NCBI GenBank assembly: GCA_013375475.1
Contig: JABXKD010000103.1
Coordinates: 1 to 10,924 of the forward strand
Reading direction: 5' to 3'
DNA: 10,924 nt
DNA from: Promethearchaeota archaeon
Lineage (GTDB): Archaea > Asgardarchaeota > Lokiarchaeia > Sigyniarchaeales > SOKP01
The position numbers and the translations under genes are program-made. Below, one piece after another: positions 1-6,671 of the stretch. Numbering within the stretch: position 1 is the stretch's first letter; every line of letters begins with the position of its first letter. The notes beneath the pieces were generated by a model. It was not told the origin of the DNA, did not search any database, and saw only the letters and a program-made list of their open reading frames with translations.

Positions 1-1
1 G

Positions 2-313
2 GGAATTGCGGGATCTTGCTACGCATTATTTGCAACTGCAGTAAATCCAACTGGAAATTTTGGATCGGTTATTTCTTTCTATGCCATTTTAATGGCTTCT
101 TTAGGTGGTTTAACAACTATAAGAGGATCAGCGTTAGGAGCATTTTTCTTTATTTTTCTTGAATATTCTCTTATAATCGCTGGTGCTGAAATTTATGTGA
201 ATTTAATTTTTGCTTTAATACTAATTTTGGTAGTTAGGTTTTCTGAACACGGGATTTTAAAGCCCATATTGGAACGTGTAAAAGATTTATGGGATTTATT
301 ATTAGGAAGGTAA
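2..313 (+). CDS. livM: Branched-chain amino acid (HAAT)-type ABC transporter permease, LivM-like, C-terminal part (5'-truncated by window edge)
   Basis: The frame of ORF 92..313 is open back to base 2 (GIAGSCYALFATAVNPTGNFGSVISFYAILMASLGGLTTIRGSALGAFF...). It is hydrophobic, matches the LivM pattern 'AG.LYA...V.P...S......LGG.GT..G...GA' and lies directly upstream of livG/livF. Confidence 0.85.
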   Translation, partial: GIAGSCYALFATAVNPTGNFGSVISFYAILMASLGGLTTIRGSALGAFFFIFLEYSLIIAGAEIYVNLIFALILILVVRFSEHGILKPILERVKDLWDLLLGR

Positions 314-316
314 AGA

Positions 317-1096
317 TTGGATTGTAATAACAAAATTCAAGTGAAAGAAGAAATGGGAGTTATATTAGAAGTAAAAAATTTAACAAAAAAATTTGGTGGT
401 TTAACCGCAGTTAACGATTTCAGTTTTGAAATTAAACGCGGAGACTTTATTGGTTTAATCGGTCCAAATGGAGCTGGCAAAACTACGGTTTTTAACTTAA
501 TATCTGGATTTGAAAAGCCTAGCTCCGGTTCAATAAGATTCGATGGTACGAATATTACTGGATTAAGACCATTTAAAATTGTAAACAAAGGTATAGCTCG
601 AACATTTCAGTTAGTTAGATCATTCAAATTCCTATCTTTATTGGACAATGTTTCTGTTTCTTGTCAATCTCGGAGGGGAAAGGAAGCTTCAAAAGGCGTT
701 GGAATAGACGCGTACGCTAGCTCAATTCTCGCTGCTGTAGGTCTTGTGGATAAAGCGAGAATACCACCGGTTGTTTTACCTCACGGGGATTTGAGAAAAT
801 TACAGATTGGTAAAGCGCTTGGCACTAATCCAGAATTACTTCTTCTTGATGAACCATTTAGCGGATTATCGCACGAAGAACAGCAAAATTTAACAGAATT
901 AATATTAAGATTACATGAAGATGGATTAACAATATTTATGACCGGTCATGTTTTACGCGAATTAATGAACTTAGTACCAAGAGTTATTGCGATGCATCAA
1001 GGTAAATTCATAATGGATGGCACTCCTCAGGAGGTTGCTAATAATAAAATAGTACTTGAAGCATATTTAGGAAAAGGAAGTGAAGAATTTGCTTGA
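317..1096 (+). CDS. livG: ABC transporter ATP-binding protein, LivG-like
   Basis: ILEVKNLTKKFGGLTAV N-terminus, Walker A GPNGAGKTT, GIARTFQ (Q-loop), LPHGDLRKLQIGKAL signature region, Walker B LLLLDEP, C-terminal EAYLG. The start is either TTG 317 (after AGGAAGGT) or ATG 353. Confidence 0.93.
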   Translation: MDCNNKIQVKEEMGVILEVKNLTKKFGGLTAVNDFSFEIKRGDFIGLIGPNGAGKTTVFNLISGFEKPSSGSIRFDGTNITGLRPFKIVNKGIARTFQLVRSFKFLSLLDNVSVSCQSRRGKEASKGVGIDAYASSILAAVGLVDKARIPPVVLPHGDLRKLQIGKALGTNPELLLLDEPFSGLSHEEQQNLTELILRLHEDGLTIFMTGHVLRELMNLVPRVIAMHQGKFIMDGTPQEVANNKIVLEAYLGKGSEEFA

Positions 1097-1793
1097 AATG
1101 AAAAAAATTTATCATTATTATGGAAAGGCTAGAGCTCTTGAAGAAATTAATTTAAAAATTGAAGAAAAAGCTCTAGACGCAGTAATTGGACCAAATGGAG
1201 CTGGAAAATCAACGCTTCTTAGGGTAATATCAGGTTTAGAAGAACCCGATAGAGGAAAAATGTTTTTTTTAGGGGAAAGGATAGATGGTCTAAAAGCTCA
1301 TAGAATTACTAAAAAAGGAATATCTCATTGCCCTGAGCGTCGAAGGTTATTTTATGATATGACGGTCGAAGATAATATTAAGATGGGCGCATATTGTCTT
1401 AAAGATAAAGCAATGTATAAAAAACAGTTAAATTTTATGTTTGAACTCTTTCCACGTCTTAAGGAGAGGAGAAAACAACGAGCTGGAACTCTCAGTGGAG
1501 GTGAACAGCAAATGCTTGCAATAGCTCGCTCGCTCATGTCGAATCCAAAATTATTGTTACTGGATGAACCCTCATTAGGTTTGGCTCCAAAAGTTAAAAA
1601 AGCAATCTTTACAGCAATTGAAAAAATAAAGGGTGAAGGTACAACAACTTTATTAGTAGAACAAGATGCTGTTTTAGCTATGAATGTTGGCGAAAATATT
1701 CACTTGCTCGAAGAGGGAAAGATAGAAATGAGGGGCACATCAGAACAATTGAGAAAAGAACCTCGAATTAAAAAAATATATTTAGGAATTTAG
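1080..1793 (+). CDS. livF: ABC transporter ATP-binding protein, LivF-like
   Basis: Walker A GPNGAGKST, CPERRRLF, LSGGEQQMLAIAR signature, LLLLDEPSLGLAP, LLVEQ (Q in place of the H-loop His is typical of LivF), C-terminal IYLG. GTG start overlaps the livG end by 17 nt. Confidence 0.95.
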   Translation: MKNLLEMKKIYHYYGKARALEEINLKIEEKALDAVIGPNGAGKSTLLRVISGLEEPDRGKMFFLGERIDGLKAHRITKKGISHCPERRRLFYDMTVEDNIKMGAYCLKDKAMYKKQLNFMFELFPRLKERRKQRAGTLSGGEQQMLAIARSLMSNPKLLLLDEPSLGLAPKVKKAIFTAIEKIKGEGTTTLLVEQDAVLAMNVGENIHLLEEGKIEMRGTSEQLRKEPRIKKIYLGI

Positions 1794-1800
1794 AAATAAA

Positions 1801-1806
1801 AGGTGA
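1801..1806 (+). promoter_or_regulatory. Archaeal-type Shine-Dalgarno AGGTGA upstream of the proposed ATT start of the HEAT gene
   Basis: AGGTGA-taataag-ATT (7-nt spacer). Near-identical context AGGTGA-taaaacag-ATG occurs on the - strand at 10686..10670. Confidence 0.65.
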
Positions 1807-1813
1807 TAATAAG

Positions 1814-3187
1814 ATTTCCGCTTCTTTAGAACAATTATTAAGGGATGCTAGAATTGACCTCGTTCTTACTAGAATTGAAAAGGATCCTTCAATTATCAAT
1901 GAGGTAATTAAAAATATTGATAGTGAAATAAGATCAATCCGCTTTAACTCGATTTATGTGTTAGGGGAATTGGGAGATAAATCAGGTAAAGAAGCAGTAG
2001 ATAAGATAGCCTACTGTTTAGAGGATGACGATTGGAGCATTTGTCGTGAAGCTGCTAGATCTTTAGGAAAAATTGGGAGTTTAGCAGAAAGTGCAGCTTC
2101 GTCTCTGAAAAACTTCACAGCAAATGAAGAAGTTACTATTCGTCTTGCAGCAATTCGAGCACTTGGAAAAATAGGCAACGCTTCATCCGATTCTGTTCAG
2201 TCTCTTCAAAATGCTTTAAAAGATAATAACGAAGAAGTTCGAGCAGATGCAGCAAAATCACTAGGATTACTTGGTCCTGATGCATATGAAGCAATTCAAG
2301 CTTTAATGCGTAGTCTTAAAGATGCAAATTGGAACGTAAGAACGCAATCTGCTAAAGCAATTAGTAATATCGGGAAGAACTCGGTAGAAGCTATCCCAAC
2401 TCTAATCAATGCTCTTGGTGATAGAGATTGGAGAGTACGGTTTAGAGTTGTAGATACCCTCACTCAGATAGGAGAAGCTTCGATACCTTATTTACTTGAA
2501 GTAATACATCATAATAATAAAATTGTAAGAAAAAACGCTGTTGAAGCTTTAGGAGAGTTAAAAATACCTAATCCCGAAGTTATAAAACAATTATCCGTAA
2601 TGCTTAATGATAAAAACGAAGAAGTTAGGGGTAAAGCAGCGGATTCTTTACGAAGCCTCGGTGAAAAATCAGTTGACGCCCTCCTTAATGCTCTTACTAG
2701 TGCCAAAAGTACAAAATCTAAAGTTCTAATCTTATCTGCACTTGGAGGAATTGGAGCTGAGGCTAAGGAAACTATTTCGTATTTAAGCAAATTGCTAGCT
2801 GATAGTGGCACCCGAGTCAGAGTGGAGATAATTAGAACATTAGGAAACATCGGAATTTACTCAGATGAAGTCAGATTAGCATTAATTTCTGCATTAAAGG
2901 ATACTAAAAGCATTGTTCGAAGAGAAGCAGCGCTTTCATTAGGAAAATTTGGACAAATTGCATCAGATGCTGTACCATCCCTGTTAGACGCTTTAAACGA
3001 TAAAAAACCAGATGTTAGGTGGAGATCATCAGAAGCCTTAGGTAAAATTAAACTAAATACTCCTGAAGTGTTGACAAGTTTAGAGGCCTTAATTCACGAC
3101 GAATGTGATTATGTTTGCGAATCTGCTGATATCGCAATAGATTATATCAAAGATACAGAAACAGATATGAAATTTATTTCTAAATAA
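1814..3187 (+). CDS. HEAT-repeat (PBS lyase HEAT-like) alpha-solenoid protein, about 13 repeats, 457 aa if started at ATT 1814 (ORF track calls GTG 1958)
   Basis: Recurring L.D....VR..AA..LG.IG units of about 28-34 aa (e.g. ALKDNNEEVRADAAKSLGLLG, ALNDKKPDVRWRSSEALGKIK). The frame is open from 1772, and the upstream part encodes an extra repeat (IKNIDSEIRSIRFNSIYVLGELG) in which GTG 1958 is an internal Val. The product call is secure and the start position less so. Confidence 0.85.
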   Translation: MSASLEQLLRDARIDLVLTRIEKDPSIINEVIKNIDSEIRSIRFNSIYVLGELGDKSGKEAVDKIAYCLEDDDWSICREAARSLGKIGSLAESAASSLKNFTANEEVTIRLAAIRALGKIGNASSDSVQSLQNALKDNNEEVRADAAKSLGLLGPDAYEAIQALMRSLKDANWNVRTQSAKAISNIGKNSVEAIPTLINALGDRDWRVRFRVVDTLTQIGEASIPYLLEVIHHNNKIVRKNAVEALGELKIPNPEVIKQLSVMLNDKNEEVRGKAADSLRSLGEKSVDALLNALTSAKSTKSKVLILSALGGIGAEAKETISYLSKLLADSGTRVRVEIIRTLGNIGIYSDEVRLALISALKDTKSIVRREAALSLGKFGQIASDAVPSLLDALNDKKPDVRWRSSEALGKIKLNTPEVLTSLEALIHDECDYVCESADIAIDYIKDTETDMKFISK

Positions 3188-3270
3188 AATTCTATTTTGT
3201 TTATCTTTCTTAAATTATAAATCAAAAATAATTATGCAAAAATAATAAAATATTAAAAGGTTAGCTGAAA

Positions 3271-4956
3271 ATGAGTGAAAACCCATATGCTGAAAAACCC
3301 TGGGTAAAAAATTATGATGAAGGAGTCCCTGAACATATTGATTATCCAAATATGAATATTTACGAATTTCTTGATAACGCTGCAAAAGATTTTGGCAGTC
3401 ATACAGCAATTTGGTTTGTTAAGAACAAAATTTCTTACAAGAAATTCAAAGAAATCTCTGAGAGATTAGCAACTGCTCTTGTGGATTTAGGACTTAAAAG
3501 AGGAGATGTAGTGGCAATAATGATACCAAACTTTCCCCAATTTATTTTAAGTTATTATGGGATATTGAAAGCTGGAGGAATCGTGACGGCTTGTAGCGTT
3601 CTTCACACTGAACACGAGTTAGCGTACCAACTGAACGATTCAGGCGCAGAAATTCTAATAGCTTGGGATAATCAAGTAGAAAAGATTAACACTATACGAG
3701 ATAGAACTCGGTTAAGACATTTGATTATAACAAATATTTTCGATTATTCTCCTATGGCTCCAAGAAACCCAGCTGAAATATCAGGCACTCTCCAATTTCT
3801 TAATTTAATTGCTAATACTAAACAAGATCCACCAAAGTTCGAGACAAACGCTAAAGAAGATATAGCATGTTTACAATACACTGGAGGTACAACTGGGCTT
3901 CCTAAAGGCGCAATGCTGACCCATCATAATATAGTGTCTAATTGTATAGCAACTAATAAATGGATGGGTTCAGAACTTAAAAGAGGTAGAGATACGGGAC
4001 TTACTAACTTGCCGCTTTTCCATATATACGGTCAAACTGTTTGCATGAATACTATTATTTATAATGCATCAACCATTGCTTTAAACCCTGATCCCCGCGA
4101 CCAAAAATCTTTATTCGAATTAATTAAAGCGACAAAGCCAGCGATGTTTCCAGGTGTGCCAACAATGTATATGCGTTTATTAGAACGGGACGATTTAGAA
4201 GATTACGCTAAAGATTTGAAATCTATTAGGATTTGTAATACTGGAGCAGCACCAATGCCACCAGAGGTTCTTAAGGAATTTGAAGCGAGGACTGGTGGTA
4301 AAATTATAGAGGGTTACGGGCTGACAGAGACTTCACCAGTTGCTACAACAAACCCTCTTCAAGGAGAAAGGAAGATAGGTTCGGTTGGAATGCCAATTCC
4401 TGATACGGAACTAAAAATTGTAGATATTGACGATTATACCAAAATTATGCCTGTTGGCGAGTCGGGTGAAATTATGATCAAAGGTCCTCAAGTTATGAAA
4501 GGTTATTGGAATAAGCCTGAAGCTACTGCGAATCAAATAAAGGGTGACTGGCTTCTAACGGGAGATATAGCGAAAATGGACGAAGATGGATACTTCTTCA
4601 TTGTTGATAGAAAAAAGGATATGATTAATGTTAGTGGATTTAAAGTATACCCCAGAGAAGTTGAGGATGTATTATTCGAATACGAAGCTATTGAAAATGC
4701 TGCAGTTATTGGACTTCCTAATCCGGAAATACCCGGTAGCGAAAAAGTGAAAGCTTATATCGTTCTTAAGGATGGGTATCAAGAAAGTGAAGAAATGGAA
4801 GCTGAAATAAAAGAATTCTGTAGAAAAACTATGGCTCCATACAAAGTTCCAAAATTCATAGAATTTAGAAAAGAGCTCCCCGAAACATTAGTAGGTAAAG
4901 TTTTAAGAAAAGATCTTAAAGATATCGAAGCTCGAAAACGCGGAGAAGAAGTATAA
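3271..4956 (+). CDS. fadD: Long-chain-fatty-acid--CoA ligase (AMP-forming acyl-CoA synthetase), FadD-like
   Basis: AMP-binding motif LQYTGGTTGLPKG, LPLFHIYG, GYGLTE, GPQVMKGYW, TGD, DRKKDMINVSGFKVYPREVE, and catalytic Lys in LPETLVGKVLR. 561 aa. Exact substrate cannot be determined from sequence. Confidence 0.93.
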   Translation: MSENPYAEKPWVKNYDEGVPEHIDYPNMNIYEFLDNAAKDFGSHTAIWFVKNKISYKKFKEISERLATALVDLGLKRGDVVAIMIPNFPQFILSYYGILKAGGIVTACSVLHTEHELAYQLNDSGAEILIAWDNQVEKINTIRDRTRLRHLIITNIFDYSPMAPRNPAEISGTLQFLNLIANTKQDPPKFETNAKEDIACLQYTGGTTGLPKGAMLTHHNIVSNCIATNKWMGSELKRGRDTGLTNLPLFHIYGQTVCMNTIIYNASTIALNPDPRDQKSLFELIKATKPAMFPGVPTMYMRLLERDDLEDYAKDLKSIRICNTGAAPMPPEVLKEFEARTGGKIIEGYGLTETSPVATTNPLQGERKIGSVGMPIPDTELKIVDIDDYTKIMPVGESGEIMIKGPQVMKGYWNKPEATANQIKGDWLLTGDIAKMDEDGYFFIVDRKKDMINVSGFKVYPREVEDVLFEYEAIENAAVIGLPNPEIPGSEKVKAYIVLKDGYQESEEMEAEIKEFCRKTMAPYKVPKFIEFRKELPETLVGKVLRKDLKDIEARKRGEEV

Positions 4957-4973
4957 CTTACCTGGTTCTAATA

Positions 4974-4992
4974 TTTTCATTTTATTTATTTT
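4974..4992 (+). terminator. T-rich tract downstream of fadD, candidate archaeal-type terminator
   Basis: ttttcattttatttatttt begins 18 nt after the fadD stop. Confidence 0.35.
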
Positions 4993-4993
4993 A

Positions 4994-5008
4994 AATTATT
5001 CAATAATT
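4994..5008. promoter_or_regulatory. 7-1-7 inverted repeat upstream of the HD gene, candidate operator
   Basis: AATTATT-C-AATAATT is a perfect palindrome abutting TTTAAA (4990-4995) and lies 23 nt before ATG 5032. It is AT-only, so chance occurrence is plausible. Confidence 0.3.
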
Positions 5009-5031
5009 CAATTTCTTCCTATTACTATATA

Positions 5032-5622
5032 ATGAAAGAAGATAAAATAATTTCCATGGTCAAAGAGTTTGCCATAAAAAATTCTGAGAATAATGATATC
5101 CATGGTTTTGATCATGTTGAGAGAGTTTATCGGACTAGTGTTTCAATTGGAGAAAAGCTCAATGCCGATTTGAGGATACTAAAAATTTCTGCTTTACTTC
5201 ATGATATTGGAAGAATTCAAGAAAAGAAAGACTTACTGAAAAGAAATCATGCAGAAATCTCTGCCGATTTGGCTGAAAATTTTCTAGCATCTATACAATA
5301 TGATTTATCTCAGAATGATATAGATAAAATTTCTCACTGCATTCAAGCTCATTCATTTTCTAATAATTTAGTTGCCGAAACTTTAGAAGCTAAAATTTTA
5401 TCTGATGCTGATAAGTTGGATGCTCTTGGAGCCATCGGTTTATATCGAACGATTGGATTTAACGTATTAAGAAATGGCGGCTTAAATAATGTAATTAAAC
5501 ATCTTGAAAATAAGATTTTGAAGCTTAAAAATCAGCTCTTTTTGGATATTTCTAAAGAGATTGCATTATCTAGAGAAAAAATAATTATCAATTTTTATGA
5601 TAAAATAAAAGAACTAAAATGA
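5032..5622 (+). CDS. HD-domain metal-dependent phosphohydrolase (YedJ/YpgQ-like)
   Basis: HGFDHVERV, ALLHDIGR, NHAEISA, IQAHSFS, EAKILSDADKLDALGAIG: the full H...HD...D metal-ligand set. Confidence 0.9.
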   Translation: MKEDKIISMVKEFAIKNSENNDIHGFDHVERVYRTSVSIGEKLNADLRILKISALLHDIGRIQEKKDLLKRNHAEISADLAENFLASIQYDLSQNDIDKISHCIQAHSFSNNLVAETLEAKILSDADKLDALGAIGLYRTIGFNVLRNGGLNNVIKHLENKILKLKNQLFLDISKEIALSREKIIINFYDKIKELK

Positions 5623-5643
5623 TTGTCACAAGTTCGTGACAAT
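5622..5643. repeat. 8-bp perfect inverted repeat (hairpin or operator) directly at the HD-gene stop
   Basis: ATTGTCAC-aagttc-GTGACAAT. It lies between convergent genes, with a T7 run at 5685-5691. Confidence 0.6.
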
Positions 5644-5796
5644 TTGTGATAGAAGTGAAAAATTGCTGATAAACACAATTAGAGTTTTTTTGGTAAAACA
5701 ACAGGTAAAAGCAGAAAAAAGTTAATATACAGAATGTGAAAAGTTTGAATTAAAACATTTTTAGACAGAAAGGGCTTGAAGTACTTTTTATGAATT

Positions 5797-6510
5797 CTAT
5801 TTAGACAGGCTTTCTTTCTTCAGACTTAATTCTCTACGGAATTCTTCATCTGCTTTTCTCATCTCTTCAGTATACCATCTCATAAATCTTAAACTTCTAA
5901 TGCTTCTGAAAAAGAAGGCCAAAGGTATTGCTGTACAACCAAGATATATTACATTAACCCATGTTGAGATATTACCAAAATCATAGTTTATTGCTGCACC
6001 ATTCAATTTTATAATGATACCAATATCGAATGGAACTCTATGCAACTCATCGACGTCGTTAACTTTAAATCTGATATCTGCGTAACCTTGACAGGTTAAA
6101 TTATTATGTTGAAAAAGTCGTGTTTCTAATCGCGGTACATAACCAATAGAATAAGTGGTGATTGGTACACTATAGTTTAAAGCAAAAACTTGTTTAGGAA
6201 CAGTTGTAGCTATTTGGTAATCTAAATAGGTTATGCCCTCTAAATGTGAATCTGGGCTCGAAAACGCGGTTATTTCGATTCCATAATAATGGACATTACC
6301 GTCAGAACCTCCAATGTGAAGAGCATAGATTTTTAAATTTACACCACCATTCCCCCCACTATAAGTTGTAGAAAAATCCTTTTCATCATGATAATACCCG
6401 ATACCAAAAATCGTTTTATAATTAAATATAATAACAAAACCAGTGATATATACCACTAATATGATAGCCCAAATCGCAATCTTTAATCTTTCTTTGTTAC
6501 GCGCTTTCAT
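5797..6510 (-). CDS. Hypothetical membrane protein, two TM helices flanking an extracytoplasmic beta-rich domain
   Basis: 237-aa ORF with a basic N-terminus, TM1 (IAIWAIILVVYITGFVIIF), an approximately 150-aa Tyr/Gly/Ile-rich loop, TM2 (WVNVIYLGCTAIPLAFFF) and a charged helical tail. No family recognised. Confidence 0.8.
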   Translation of the reverse strand: MKARNKERLKIAIWAIILVVYITGFVIIFNYKTIFGIGYYHDEKDFSTTYSGGNGGVNLKIYALHIGGSDGNVHYYGIEITAFSSPDSHLEGITYLDYQIATTVPKQVFALNYSVPITTYSIGYVPRLETRLFQHNNLTCQGYADIRFKVNDVDELHRVPFDIGIIIKLNGAAINYDFGNISTWVNVIYLGCTAIPLAFFFRSIRSLRFMRWYTEEMRKADEEFRRELSLKKESLSK

Positions 6511-6532
6511 GAGTGTTCCAAGGTAATATTGA

Positions 6533-6538
6533 TTTAAA
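6533..6538 (-). promoter_or_regulatory. Candidate TATA box for a leaderless transcript of the membrane-protein gene
   Basis: TTTAAA at -28..-23 from the ATG at 6510, preceded by purine-rich AAAGCTAAA. No SD before the ATG. Confidence 0.35.
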
Positions 6539-6641
6539 TTTAGCTTTAATTCTTTAATTAAAAAAATGCAAGTATCCTTATAAGCTTACACTTTGAATAT
6601 TAGATTACATTAAGATCTAAATAAATCAGGAAATTAATAAT

Positions 6642-6649
6642 AAAAAAAA
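6642..6649 (-). terminator. Oligo-T (T8) candidate terminator after the uvrA-like gene
   Basis: The - strand reads ...TAG-aaaaaaattaatttaattcacc-TTTTTTTT, 22 nt after the stop. Confidence 0.45.
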
Positions 6650-6671
6650 GGTGAATTAAATTAATTTTTTT

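Noticed and set aside
337-588. Antisense ORF (83 aa), and likewise 1352..1537, 2509..2850 and 3215..3409 on the - strand
   Set aside because: They lie opposite well-supported livG, livF, HEAT and fadD genes and have no recognisable motifs. They are shadow ORFs.
1845-1907. Short ATG ORF (MLELTSFLLELKRILQLSMR) between livF and the called HEAT start
   Set aside because: It is out of frame with, and overlapped by, the HEAT N-terminal extension, which explains the region better.
1814-3187. HEAT protein as deoxyhypusine hydroxylase or a phycobilin lyase
   Set aside because: It lacks the repeated His-Glu iron-ligand motifs of DOHH, and there is no phycobiliprotein context. Only the generic repeat is supported.
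5619-5652. Selenocysteine readthrough or SECIS at the HD stop (ATGA + stem + AA loop + GA)
   Set aside because: The stem is only 7-8 bp, too short and asymmetric for a eukaryote-type SECIS. The HD domain is complete before the TGA, readthrough adds only 8 residues before TGA-TAG, and no gene here has an internal in-frame TGA.
5692-5714. Short GGTAAAA repeat pair in the convergent intergenic region
   Set aside because: Two 7-bp copies in A-rich DNA, with no spacer structure. Not a CRISPR array or iteron set.
5760-5808. 9-bp direct repeat TTTAGACAG (5760-5768 and 5800-5808) as a target-site duplication
   Set aside because: Only 31 nt lie between the copies, with no terminal inverted repeats or transposase. 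Compatible with chance or a small local duplication.
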